The notes under the pieces were generated by a model, which saw only the letters and a list, made by a program, of their open reading frames with translations, had not been told where the DNA came from and did not search any database. A stretch of 64,000 nt of DNA from an uncultured delta proteobacterium (GTDB taxonomy: Bacteria > Desulfobacterota > Binatia > UBA9968): assembly GCA_963847445.1 (NCBI GenBank), contig CAWJZV010000045.1, forward strand, positions 32,001 through 96,000, in the 5' to 3' direction. Below are positions 41,037-51,677 of the stretch, piece after piece. Made by a program: the position numbers and the translations under genes. Every line of letters begins with the position of its first letter. Within the stretch, counting starts at the first letter, position 1.

Positions 41037-41298
41037 CTGGACACGGTCGGTGTTGAAAATACGCCAGATTTGCATCGACACCCTAGCTAGACCAGTTGGA
41101 TATTCCGATGCCCCTCTTTGGAAAAGAGGGGATAGGGGAGATTTTCTTTTTCACAACAGCTGGCTCCATTGCTCTGTTGCAATGAAGACACCGCCCGCCA
41201 CGCACACAAATCCCCCTTTTCCAAAGGGGGAATGGATAATAAGGAGCTATCTGCCCGCTCACCCCGTGTCCAGCGAACAAGATGTGGCGCATGATTAG
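41037..41298. repeat. MITE/REP-like composite element, copy 2
   Basis: Perfect CTGGACACGG (41037) / CCGTGTCCAG (41264) inverted ends; same internal hairpin and TGGCGCATGATTAG tail as 2296-2577. Confidence 0.65.
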
Positions 41299-41320
41299 CT
41301 TCTTTGGGGGGAATGTTATG

Positions 41321-42022
41321 CTAATTGAACAGCCGGCCGAGGCGCTTGTCGGCATGGCTGATGCCCATTTTTTTCAAGCAGGCCCAGATCGTCGCTTGAT
41401 TGCTGTTGATCACCGGCTTGCCCAAATCGCGCTCAAGGTCAGTAATCGTTTCGATCATGCGGGTATTGGTGCAGCTGAGAAAATAGCCGTCGGCATCGGC
41501 GCGCAGGTTTTCTTTGACCACTTTCATCCATTCCTCAGGCGTGACCGTTGAGTAGGCTTGAGAGTCGAGCGCCAGTCCTTTCTCGTGCAGCACAGTGTAG
41601 CCAGTCTCGCTCAGATAATTCACTTCGAGCTGGTTGGTGGCCTGAACGTAGGGGCTGATCAGCACGAGTTTCTTGATACCGACATGGTCGAACGCCTGGG
41701 TCAGAGCTTGGGCGGTGGTGATGGTCGGGCAGCCGCTGGCCTGCTTGATGATGTCGACGATCGCTTTTTCATGGTCCAGTCCGCTTTCCATCGAGTTGGC
41801 CGTGCAATGAAACACGATGACGCTCGGTTTTACGTCGGACAGCGCTTCAGCGGCCTCGATCAGCGACGGCTTCAACTCCGCCAGCGGTTTGCGGTGCTTA
41901 CCGGCCATGCGCAAGCGCGTGACAAAGGCGCCGACGCTAGCGGGAAGGTAGGTGTTGAACTGCGGCTCGGTCAAACGATTGGCCGACGGAATGATGAGGC
42001 CGATGCCTAATGGATTTGCCAT
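41321..42022 (-). CDS. Asp/Glu racemase-fold protein (maleate isomerase/arylmalonate decarboxylase family)
   Basis: IGLIIPSAN, FHCT, SPY, FLSCTN, GKPVINSNQATIW. Confidence 0.85.
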   Translation of the reverse strand: MANPLGIGLIIPSANRLTEPQFNTYLPASVGAFVTRLRMAGKHRKPLAELKPSLIEAAEALSDVKPSVIVFHCTANSMESGLDHEKAIVDIIKQASGCPTITTAQALTQAFDHVGIKKLVLISPYVQATNQLEVNYLSETGYTVLHEKGLALDSQAYSTVTPEEWMKVVKENLRADADGYFLSCTNTRMIETITDLERDLGKPVINSNQATIWACLKKMGISHADKRLGRLFN

Positions 42023-42183
42023 GGGGAATTCTCCTAATTTTTTTGCGGATCAAGTCGTGCATTCCCGGGTTGAACTGACTATTTCACGGCGACCCCAGGG
42101 CTTGTCAAGAAGTTCTTTTGGCAATACATAATCAGTGTTTCGCGCAGTTCGCTCGTCACTAGCCGTTGATAAATGGTAACAAT

Positions 42184-42214
42184 AAAAAAGGCGAGCTGTT
42201 TGGGCTCGCCTTTT
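42184..42214. terminator. Rho-independent terminator (possibly bidirectional)
   Basis: AAAAAAGGCGAGC-loop-GCTCGCCTTTT, downstream of the amidohydrolase gene. Confidence 0.7.
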
Positions 42215-42242
42215 GGGTCCTTCGGGAGAATGGTGACGAATT

Positions 42243-43336
42243 TTACAGCCCCGGCGCGCCCAGATTGTAGAAGCGCCGTGCGTTGCCGTGCAGGACGGCG
42301 GCTTTGTCGGCTTCGCTGATGTCGGGGTTTTCCAGCATTTCGTTGATTTCGTGTTTGCAGAACTCGTTGTTGACTTCGTGCGGGTAGTCGCTGGAGTAGA
42401 CCCAGGGTTTGTTGCCGAGCCGCTTAATCGCGTGGGCGATGTCCGGCTCTTCGCCTTCGCAGCCGACGAAGATGCGGCCGGCGTCGACATGGCGGGCGAT
42501 ATACTCGCAAACTTTTTCCTTCGGCTTCAGATCGAGAAAACGCTTGCGCGGGTCGCGTTGAATGTGGGTTTCCCAGGAACGGTCGAAGCGTTCCAGGCAC
42601 ATCAACACCCAGGCGACGCCGCCTTCCATGAAGCCGAACTTGACGTTGGGGAACTTGTCGAAGACACCGTTAAAGACGATGCCGGCGAATGAGATCATCT
42701 GGCCGAAGGGGTGGCCGAGGGCGTGGACCGGCGCGTAGGGGTCAAATCATCGAGGCCCAGGTTTTCATGGGCGCCGCCGTGGATGCCGATGGCGCAGCCG
42801 AGTTTGTTGGCCTCCTCGTAGATCGGCCAGTAGCGAGAGTCGCCCAAGTGCGCTTGGATGCCGGTGGACGGCAGCATGGCGCCGCACATGCCCAGTTCTT
42901 TAACGATCCGTCGCAGTTCTTCCACCGCTGCGGTCGGCTCCTGCAACGGCAGCAAGCCCATGGCCTGGAAGCGCGGGTTGAACTTCATGTAGGTGTGGTA
43001 GATCCAGTCGTTGTAGCCGCGCGCGACATCGATGGCCCAGTCGCGGCTGACGATCTTTCCGAACGCCAAACCGAGAGTGGTGTAGAGCACGGTTTTTTCG
43101 ATACCGATATCTTCGAGAAAATCGACCCAGCCGGCGGGGCCGACTTTGTTGAACGCGCCGGGAGGAAAGTCGTGCATGTTCGCCGAATGCAGATGGTCGA
43201 GGGGCGGAAACGGATTGAAAAATGGGTGGGTGTCATATTTGTCGCGATAGGATTGCGGCATGTAATCGATGATCGCTTTGGTGTCTTCGATGACGTGACC
43301 GTCGCCGTCGATAATCGTGTGTCCTTTGTATGGCAT
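42243..43336 (-). CDS. Amidohydrolase family protein (frameshift at ~42740)
   Basis: IIDGDGHV, ARGYNDW, IGIH, FMEGG, YSSDYPH. Confidence 0.85.
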
Positions 43337-43585
43337 GGGGGAATCCTCCTTGCTTATTGGCTGTTAGGTCATCAAGGCGAGGGCGGTTTGTCAAGCCTCA
43401 AACCCGCGCGCGCTAGTTCCACCGCCGGTTGGGCCCAGGCGTTGATGATCAAGCATCCAGCGACGATGAAAAAGTCCGACGCGCCAGTTCATATAGTTTA
43501 CCCCGTGAAGAATTTTAAATGCGATCGGGCGAGTGGCCGCCATCAACGGAGGTAACAGCAGACTGGCGTGACGGTCAGATGAAAA

Positions 43586-44250
43586 CTATTGGATCGTCGC
43601 GCTGACTTGGAGATGGCTTTCGTCGCTACTGGAGCGGTTCTGGTAGCCTAAGATCTGCCGGGTCACTTCATGCATGCTGCTGGTTGCCCCGCCGAGTGAA
43701 ACCAGTTGGCCGTTGGGCACAATGATTTCAGTTGATGCTTCGGTGAAATCGATGGCGCCTGGCCGGTCGACGGAGAAATAACTGATTCTCGGAGTGAGGC
43801 GCAGTCGAATCTGACCATCGGCCAAAGTTGTCGCGTGAACTCTCAGTGATGTTCCGACATCGTTGAAGACGATGCGCCGTTCTACATAACCGACGCCAAG
43901 GGCGTAGTTGTAAAAATAGCTCGCCTGGCTCTGCGGCACCCGCGTGGCCACAGTCAGGATCGACTCGCCGCCGTCGAGCACCAGAGTAAATATCCCGGTG
44001 GTTCGTTGGACTGTGGTCTGACGTTCATTGGCGATGACGCGCCCGGACGGACTGACAGTGCCGCGGCGGATGACCACGCTGCCGCTGCCTTGAACGCCGT
44101 CGCGGTTCAAGCTTTCGGTCTGCTGGGAGTGCAGTACGACCTTGATATGCCGAGGTGTTTGCGCGCCGGTGCGGGTAGATCGAGACTCGCACTCAGGCAA
44201 ACGCCAATTAGCCAGACGAGGACGAAGGTTCTTCTATCGTTCACCCGCAT
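43586..44250 (-). CDS. Short secretin-like (type II/III secretion) outer-membrane protein; frameshift after the signal peptide
   Basis: ATG 44250 gives MRVNDRRTFVLVWLIGVCLSAS; the next frame gives TLVLDGGESILTV...FNDVGTSLRVHAT...IRLRLTPRIS...ASTEIIVPNGQLVSLGG, resembling the secretin core. Confidence 0.6.
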
Positions 44251-44267
44251 GCCGCTATTGTCGCGTA

Positions 44268-45344
44268 TCAACTACGCGGCAGCAAGGAGAAATCGGCATG
44301 CTTCATCGGATCGTAGTCGGCGGCGATGGGGCGCTCTTGGCGCAATATGTCGAGATAGCCGCGGGCGACTTTGGGATTCATGCGGCCGTCCTTGTTCAAA
44401 ATTCTAATCAACGTCGCGTAGGTGCCTTCGGCTTCCTGCTGGTTCACTTTGAACTTATCGACGATCATCTTGACGCTCTCGCTGCGGTTGGCGCGCAGCC
44501 AGCCGACCGATTCCATGACCGCAGCCACCGTGCGGCGGACGGATTCGCGATTGGTCTTGATTTCGTTTAGCGAAGTGACCATGCCGACGTAGGGTATTTC
44601 CGCGAGTTCGCCCAGTTGGGCGAATTTCTTGTAGCCCAGCGACACTGCCTTGTCATCGAAGGGCGGGGTCAATACCGTGGCGGCGACGCGATTGCTAGTC
44701 AGCGCGCGAAAACTATCCGCGGTGCCGCCGGTGTTGATGGTGCCGACATCCTTGTCGTTGAGTTCGGATTTTTTCACGAACGCTTGAAAATAATAATAGG
44801 GTGAAGTGCGCACGCCCGAGAGCGCGACGGTTTTGCCGATTAGATCCTGCGGCTTGTTGATGTCTTTATGGGTTACCAGCACCCACGGCGAAACGTCGCA
44901 AAAGTTGATGACCATGACCAGCGGCAGGCCGGCGATGCCGGCGGAAATCGCCGTCGACGCGGAGGTGAAGTAATTGATATTGCCGGCGACCACGGCTTGC
45001 GGCGCGATCGAGTTGGTTATCTGAATGTACTCCGATTCGATGTTGTATTTTTTGAAGAAACCCTTCTCCTGGGCGACGTAGTAGGGCATGTAAGAAAACG
45101 CCAGGGAGGGAAAGCCGATGCGGATTTTATATGGGCTCTCCGCTCCCTGGGCTATCTGCTGCAATGAGCAGGACGGTGGCGAAGAGGAGACATGCTTGAA
45201 GTGGGGTTTTCTTGCCCGCACCGGTTTTCTTGCCCTCACCCTTCCCTCTCCCATCGAAGGGCGAGGGTAAGAAAGAGCGGGACGACGAGGTGAACGTGAA
45301 CGTCGGTGCGCGCACACTTGGTGTTGAAAATCTAAGGGTTCCAT
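44268..45344 (-). CDS. ABC transporter substrate-binding protein, NMT1/SsuA-like (start uncertain, N-terminus disturbed)
   Basis: KIRIGFPSLAFSYMPYYVAQEKGFFKKY, DLIGKTVAL, ADFSLL tail. A signal-like LQACLLFATVLLIAA lies in another frame. Confidence 0.8.
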   Translation of the reverse strand: MEPLDFQHQVCAHRRSRSPRRPALSYPRPSMGEGRVRARKPVRARKPHFKHVSSSPPSCSLQQIAQGAESPYKIRIGFPSLAFSYMPYYVAQEKGFFKKYNIESEYIQITNSIAPQAVVAGNINYFTSASTAISAGIAGLPLVMVINFCDVSPWVLVTHKDINKPQDLIGKTVALSGVRTSPYYYFQAFVKKSELNDKDVGTINTGGTADSFRALTSNRVAATVLTPPFDDKAVSLGYKKFAQLGELAEIPYVGMVTSLNEIKTNRESVRRTVAAVMESVGWLRANRSESVKMIVDKFKVNQQEAEGTYATLIRILNKDGRMNPKVARGYLDILRQERPIAADYDPMKHADFSLLPRS

Positions 45345-45355
45345 GCCGACTCTCC

Positions 45356-46561
45356 TTATGCCATGGCGGCTTTAGGTTGATCGCCTTTGACCCAGCTGGC
45401 GTGAGCGATCTTGAGCGCATTGGGCTTCGGCAGATTTTTCAGCTCGAAGAAGTCAACGGCGTTCTTGCCGAGCAGTTTTTCTTTCTGGGCGAAGCTCAGG
45501 TCTTGGCTGTCGACCACGTCTTTCACCGAATAGGGGAAGTGGCAATCCCAGTGGCAGTAATCCGAAGCGTAGAGCACCGTGTCCTCGCCGTTGGCGGCGA
45601 ATACCCGGTCGAGACCGGTTTCTTCGGATTCGCAGGTGAGGACGATTTGTTTGCTTTTGATGATCTCGCTCGGCCGCCGTTTTAGCTCGGGCATTTGCGG
45701 CGCGAGCTTTTCGATATGTTCGTCGAAGCGCTCTGCCCAGAACGGCAGCCATCCGGCGCCGCCCTCCATGAAGCCGACCTTGCAGTTTCGGGAAGCGATC
45801 GAACACGCCTTCGCCGATCATGTGCATCATGGCGATCATCAGTTCAAAGGGAAACGCGGTCATATGGACGTAGACGTATTTTCGAAAGCGCTCGCTGCCG
45901 GCGCCCATGACGCCGGAAACGCCGGGCACACCGTCGTGGCCGGTTTGCGGATGGACGCTCAGCGTCATGCCGATGGCTTGGGCGCATTCATAGATCGGGT
46001 CGAACATCTTGTCGCCCATGTTGTTCAAGCCGTAGACGTTGGTCGGCAGCATCGCCGTGACCGCGCCGGCTTTTTTCAAATATTCCAATTCCTTCACCGC
46101 GGCTTGGCGGGTCTTGGCAAGGAATCAGGCCGACGCCGAGCAATCTTTTCGGATCGGCGGAGCAGTATTCCATCAGCCAATCGTTGCAGGCGTGGCAGAG
46201 CACGGCGGACAGTTCTTTGCTCATCAAGCCGTTGACCGTGAGGGCGATCTGGGTGCCGAATAAAATCGCGGCGTCGATGCCTTCGGCGTCCATGTCTTTG
46301 AGCCTTGCCAGCGGATCGACCATGCCTTCGCGAAAGCCGCGCGCCTTGTCGGTCATCGGACCGGAGACGCCGGGGCCGAGCCCTTGGGAGGCGGACCACA
46401 TGCGGCCTTCGAGCAACATGCGCGCCGTTGCCTTCGTTGTCTTTCAGGTTAATCGGCGCCTGGGAGCGCCACTTTTCCGGCATGCGCGGCCGCAAGTCGA
46501 TATTTCCTTCATAAACATGGCCGTCGGCGTCGACGACCAGAACGTTATCGAAGTTGTCCAT
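45356..46561 (-). CDS. Amidohydrolase family protein (about three frameshifts)
   Basis: VVDADGHV, RLKDMDAEGID, ACNDW, SVHP, MEGGAGW, YASDYCH across four ORFs. Confidence 0.8.
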
Positions 46562-46689
46562 GGTAGTTCCTCCCCGAGTTTCTCGACACCACGAGACCTA
46601 CCACAGCGAAAGTCTCAAGGGCAACCGGAATTGGCCGGTACGGTGCGCCGCGGGGTAGTGGTTCAATTTGGATTCTACGACTTGTCATC

Positions 46690-46775
46690 CTAGGGCGCGA
46701 CCCGTGTGTCTGCCCTCTCGGACGGGCGACCACCCTTCGACTCCGCTCAGGGCAGGCGCAGGGTCGCCCTTACAA
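46690..46775. repeat. REP-like palindromic cluster
   Basis: TAGGGCGCGACCCGTGTGTCTGCCCT ... GGGCGACC...GGGTCGCCCTTAC. Confidence 0.5.
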
Positions 46776-46853
46776 ATTTTATGAAACTGAGCCACTACCC
46801 GCCGCAGCGCTGGTTTGAATACCGGCGGTCAATTGGATATTCAAACACAACAG

Positions 46854-48078
46854 ATGCACGCGATACTTCAAGACTGCCGACAGGGGAAACTCTTATCCCG
46901 TGGTTCGGCGCTATCCTTGGTTGACGCCGAGGGAGATGACTTGCAGGCGCTGCTGGCGACCGCGGCCGAGCTGCGCGACCGGTATAAGGGGCGCACCGTC
47001 ACTTATTCGCCGAAGATTTTTGTGCCGTTGACTAATCTATGCCGGGATTTTTGCGGCTATTGCACCTTTCGCAAGGCGCCCGATGAGCCGGGCGCGAAAA
47101 CCATGAGGTTAGATGAGGTGTTGCGCTCGGTGCGCCAGGGTAAAGCGCTGGGCTGCACGGAGGTGTTGTTCAGCCTCGGCGACAAGCCCGAGGCGATTTA
47201 CCCGGAGATGAAACAATTCTTGACCGAGCGCGGCCATCAGCGAACCCTCGATTATCTCGTCGAGGCTTGCCGCGTTGTGCTGGAAGAGACCGGACTTTTG
47301 CCGCATTCGAATCCAGGCGTCATGGGACGCGGCGATTTACAGCGGCTGAAGGAATTCAACCCGAGCATGGGGCTGATGCTCGAAAGCGTCAGCGAGCGGT
47401 TGCTGCTGGCCGGCGCCGCTCACGATAATGCCCCGGATAAAAAGCCGGCGGTGCGGCTGCGCACGTTGGAACTGGCCGGTGAGCTGCGCATTCCCTTCAC
47501 CACCGGAATTCTCATCGGCATCGGCGAGAACTGGCCGGAGAGAATCGATTCGCTGTTGGCAATTCGCGAGCTGCATGAGCGCTATGGTCACATTCAAGAA
47601 GTGATCGTGCAGAACTTTCGCGCGAAATCGACGACTCCGATGCGCGGCCATCCCGACGCGACTCAGAACGACATGGTCAAGACCATCGCGCTGGCGCGCT
47701 TGATCCTCGGCGGCGGGATGAATATCCAAGCGCCGCCCAATCTGACGCCGGACGGCTATGAGCTTTATCTCGACGCCGGCATCAACGACTGGGGCGGCGT
47801 GTCGCCGCTGACGCCGGACTTCATCAATCCCGAGGCGCCCTGGCCGGCACTGCGCTTGCTCCAGGAAAAAAGCGCGCAGGCGGGATTCGAACTGAAAGCG
47901 CGGCTGCCGATTTATCCCGAGTATATTCGCCAGGGCGACAAGTATCTGCCGGCGCGTGTTCGTTCCTACATCGAGCCGCTGTGCGATGCCGATGGCTTGG
48001 TCAAAAATGGCGGTCCGCTAGGCAACGCTCCAGTAGTCCAGCACTCCATTACTCCACCTTCCGCCAGGGCTTTCCTGA
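46854..48078 (+). CDS. cofG: FO synthase subunit CofG (radical SAM)
   Basis: VTYSPKIFVPLTNLCRDFCGYCTF (CX3CX2C), PFTTGILIGIGE, QAPPNL, AGINDWGGVSPLTPDFINPEAPWP. The TGA at 48076-48078 overlapping the cofD ATG is the probable true stop. Confidence 0.9.
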
Positions 48079-49005
48079 TGCTGGTCGTTCTCACCGGCGG
48101 CACCGGCGGCGCCAAACTCATCGAAGGCTTGGCCGCTGAGATCGATCCAGCCGAGCTGACGATTATCTGTAACACCGGCGACGATGCGGTTTTTCACGGC
48201 CTGTACGTATCGCCGGATATCGACACGATCACTTACACGCTGGCGGGCTTGAGCGACAATGAGAAGGGTTGGGGAATTCACGGCGATACTTTCACCACGC
48301 TGGAGCAGCTGCGCCGGTTCGGCAATGACGCGTGGTTCAATCTCGGCGATAAGGATTTGGCGACCCATATCACGCGGACCAAGTTGCTCAACGAAGGGCT
48401 GAAACTATGCGAAGTGACCGAGCGGATTCGCCGGCAGTTGGGGGTTCAGTCGAGAATCCTGCCGATGTCCGACGAGCGCGTCGAGACCCGCGTGCAGACG
48501 CCGCAGGGGGAGATTTCGTTTCAGGAGTTTTTCGTCAAGGAGCGCTGGGCGCGCGAAGTGAATTCCGTCCGTTTCGTCGGCGCGGAACAAGCGCAGCCGG
48601 CGCCGGGTGTGCTCGACGCCATTCACCGTGCGCAGGCGATCGTCGTTTGTCCGAGCAACCCGATCACCAGCATCGGCCCGATTCTCGCGGTTCCAGGGAT
48701 TCGCAGTGCCCTCAAACAGGTTCAGCGTTCCGGTGGTCGGTGTGAGTCCGATTATCGGTGGCGCGGCGATTTCCGGCCCGGCGCATAAGCTGATGGTCGC
48801 CAGCGGCTTCGACGCTTCCGCTGTTGGTGTCGCTGGGTGCTACGGCGACTTTCTCGATACCCTGCTGATTGCTGATGAAGATTGTGCTGCCGTGCCGGCG
48901 GTTGAGGCATTCAAAGTTATGCCGATCTGCACCGATATTCGCATGGGTGATATCGCCGACAAAAGGCGCCTGGCGCGCGAAGTCTTGGCCTTGGTCAAAA
49001 AATAG
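48078..49005 (+). CDS. cofD: 2-phospho-L-lactate transferase CofD (frameshift at ~48720)
   Basis: VVLTGGTGGAKL, NTGDD, SPDIDT, WFNLGDKD, FQEFFV, PSNPITSIGPIL, VSPIIGG...GPA. Confidence 0.9.
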
Positions 49006-49023
49006 TCTAAGAATTTTCTTTCC

Positions 49024-49715
49024 ATGAATGTCGCCGCACTGATGCCCGTGAAAGGTTTTCACAACGCCAAGCAACGCTTGAGCCCGCTGCTGAGCGTTGC
49101 GGCGCGCGAAATGTTGGCGGAAACCATGTTCCGCGATGTCTTGCGCCAGGTGCGCTTGGCGCGCGGGCTTGCGCGGAACCTTCGTCGTCACCGGCGACGA
49201 TAAGGTTGCCGCCATCGCTGCGGCGGCGGGTGCGGCAGTGATCCGCGAGAGCGCCGAGAACGGCGAGACCAGCGCCGTCGATTTCGCGCGGCTTGAGTTG
49301 AAGCAGGCGGGCTGCGAAGCGGTGCTGATCGTTCCCGGCGATATGCCGCTGGTGCGCGCCGAAGATGTCGAAGCGGTGCTGGCGCAGGTTCCCGTCGATG
49401 CGGCTGCGCCCTATGCTTTGTTGGTGCCGTCCCATGACAAGCTCGGCACCAACGCGCTGTTGTTGGCGCCGCCGGATGTGATCCAACTGCGCTTTGGCCA
49501 TGACAGTTTCACTTTTCATATGGGCCAGGTAGCCGCGCAAGGGTTGCCGGCTCGCTTTGTCGAGAACGAGCATATCGCTCTCGATATCGACGAGCCCAAG
49601 GATCTCGAACGGTTTCTTGCCTATGGTTATCACGGCGGCGAGTCGACCCGGGTGGCGCAGGAGTTGCTCGCTGAGCGCGGCGCGCCGACTAGCCCAAGGT
49701 TCTGGTGGGGCATGA
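49024..49715 (+). CDS. cofC: 2-phospho-L-lactate guanylyltransferase CofC (frameshift at ~49170)
   Basis: MPVKGFHNAKQRLSPLL, PGDMPL, GTNALL, FGHDSF..H, DIDEPKDL. The ATGA overlap with cofE gives the probable stop. Confidence 0.85.
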
Positions 49716-50464
49716 AAAGGATCGAGCTGGTCGGCTTGGAAGGGATCGCGGAGGTTCATGCCGGCGACTCCGTCGGGCAGCTTATCTGCGATGCCTGCGA
49801 GCGGCAGCAGTGGCCACTCGCCGACGGCGATGTGCTGGTGGTGGCGCAGAAGATTGTTTCCAAAGCCGAAGGCCGAATGATTGCGCTGGCAACGATCCAG
49901 CCGTCGGCGCGGGCGCGGGAGCTGGCGCGCGAACTCGGTAAAGAAGCCGAACTGATCGAAGTCATTCTCGGCGAGAGCCGCAGAGTCGTTCGCACCGGCG
50001 GACGGGCGCTGATCGTCGAGACCCATCATGGCTTTGTCTGCGCCAATGCCGGCGTGGATCAGTCCAATGTCGGGCTCAAGCAAGTTGCCCTATTGCCCAA
50101 GGACGCCGACCGCTCGGCGCGCGGGATTCGCGCTGAGATTCAGCGCCGGACTGGCAAGCAAGTCGGCATCGTGGTCAGCGATAGCTTCGGCCGCGCCTGG
50201 CGCGTCGGCACGGTGGATGTGGCGGTTGGGGTTGCCGGCATCGATCCGATCAAGGATGAGCGCGGTCTCAAGGATCGCCATGGTTACGAACTTAAAGCGG
50301 CGGTGGCGGCGGTGGCCGATGAATTGGCGTCCGCCGCCGAGTTGGTGATGGGCAAGCGCGACGGTGTGCCGGTGGTGATCGTGCGCGGCTATGACATACA
50401 AATTAACGAGGAAGGATCGGTGCAGGAGCTCTTGCGCCCCGAGGCGGAAGATCTTTTTCGCTAG
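49712..50464 (+). CDS. cofE: Coenzyme F420-0:L-glutamate ligase CofE
   Basis: DGDVLVVAQKIVSKAEGR, CANAGVDQSN, SDSFGRAWR, ADELASAAELVMGK, EDLFR. Confidence 0.92.
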   Translation: MKRIELVGLEGIAEVHAGDSVGQLICDACERQQWPLADGDVLVVAQKIVSKAEGRMIALATIQPSARARELARELGKEAELIEVILGESRRVVRTGGRALIVETHHGFVCANAGVDQSNVGLKQVALLPKDADRSARGIRAEIQRRTGKQVGIVVSDSFGRAWRVGTVDVAVGVAGIDPIKDERGLKDRHGYELKAAVAAVADELASAAELVMGKRDGVPVVIVRGYDIQINEEGSVQELLRPEAEDLFR

Positions 50465-50478
50465 GTTGGAAAAATAAC

Positions 50479-51141
50479 ATGGACAACTTCACTGTAGCTA
50501 TCGTCGGCGGCACGGGAAACTTGGGCAGCGCCTTGGCGCTCCGTCTGGGCGCGCCGGGGGTTAAAATTATCATCGGTTCGCGCGATGCCGAGAAAGCTCA
50601 CAAGGCGGTGGAGACTTTGCGGCCCAGTCTGCGCGCCGGCGAGATGATCGGCATGACCAATCAAGCGGCGGTCAAGGACGCCAACTTCGTCGTGATCGCG
50701 GTCCCCTACGAAGGCCAGGCGCAGATGGTGCAGGATTTGAAAGGCCAGGTGGCCGGGAAGATTATCATCGATACGGTGGTGCCGCTGAATAAAGTCAAGC
50801 CTTTCGTGCCCGCCGCCGGATCGGCGTTGCAGGAAGCGCAGCAGATTCTCGGCGACGAAGCGCCGGTGATCGGCGCGCTGCATAATATCTCCGCCGTCGA
50901 TCTCGGCGATGTCGATTCGCCGCTGGGCGACGTGCTGGTGTGCGGCGACAATGCCGAGGCGAAGCAGAAAGTGATGGAGATCATCGAGCGCATCGGCGCC
51001 ACGGCTTATGACGCCGGCCCGGCGAGCAACGCCTATGTCATCGAAGGTCTGACCGGCGTGATCATCGCGCTCAACCGCAAGTACAAATCCAAGCATGGCA
51101 GCATCAAGATCACCGGCATCGGCGCGCAATCCGGTCATTGA
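50479..51141 (+). CDS. npdG: NADPH-dependent F420 reductase (Fno)
   Basis: IVGGTGNLG, IGSR, AVPY, DTVVPL, SALQEAQ, ALHNISA, DVLVCGD, IEGLT. Confidence 0.9.
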   Translation: MDNFTVAIVGGTGNLGSALALRLGAPGVKIIIGSRDAEKAHKAVETLRPSLRAGEMIGMTNQAAVKDANFVVIAVPYEGQAQMVQDLKGQVAGKIIIDTVVPLNKVKPFVPAAGSALQEAQQILGDEAPVIGALHNISAVDLGDVDSPLGDVLVCGDNAEAKQKVMEIIERIGATAYDAGPASNAYVIEGLTGVIIALNRKYKSKHGSIKITGIGAQSGH

Positions 51142-51323
51142 GCGCGGATGCTGGCGCGTTTCGCGTTTTGGTTCTGCCTATGTCCCGAGTTAAATCGCCG
51201 GCGCAGCCAGCGCGGCAGCAAAGATTTCAGGCCCGCTAACAATTTTCTTCGGGGGACCAAAATTCATTAGTTTCCGCCTCTGGGTAAATTTTCTACCCAA
51301 GGGCTCGCCGCTCCGCCGCCCCA

Positions 51324-51346
51324 GGGCGTATGCCATACGCCCCTAC
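51324..51346. repeat. GTAG-type REP palindrome
   Basis: GGGCGTATGCCATACGCCCCTAC. Confidence 0.6.
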
Positions 51347-51608
51347 GCTCGGATTTCCTCCGGGAATATATTGTGCGCCGTGCTCTTTACGGTCAAATTT
51401 CCGAGTCCTGCTCTTTTCTTTGGTCGCGGTTTTGGCGTTGCTAGCTGCTTCGTGACGAAAAACTCTTTGCCCTTTGGCTGCGGTGGTATGGCGCCAGGAA
51501 ATCTGGGTCTCTTTGGTGCATCCCCCCGGTCGTTCGGGGCCCTGTGGCCTCGAGCGAAAATCATACTAATCCGCCAACTTAGGCTATTTCCCCTGGCAAG
51601 AGGGGCGG

Positions 51609-51638
51609 TGTTAACCTTTGCCGGGCTGAGGCGTCTAA
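51609..51638 (+). promoter_or_regulatory. Putative autoregulatory ECF sigma promoter
   Basis: TGTTAACC ... CGTCTAA with AAC-N16-CGT spacing, ~40 bp before the sigma ATG. Confidence 0.55.
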
Positions 51639-51677
51639 CGGTTAAACGGCTGGACTGATCGCCAGCGTTTAACAGCC

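Noticed and set aside
43372-43492. Short signal-peptide-like ORF on the minus strand (MNWRVG..FIVAGCLIINAWAQP)
   Set aside because: It needs a frameshift, is under 40 aa and has no recognisable domain.
46815-48788. Apparent CofG-CofD fusion (657-aa ORF)
   Set aside because: The linker contains an intergenic-type GGAGTRAT repeat, and the cofD ATG sits in a TGATG stop/start overlap. One indel explains the read-through in this error-rich sequence.
49097-50464. Apparent CofC-CofE fusion (455-aa ORF)
   Set aside because: The cofE start lies in an ATGA overlap typical of coupled separate genes, and cofC already carries an indel. Not accepted without polished reads.
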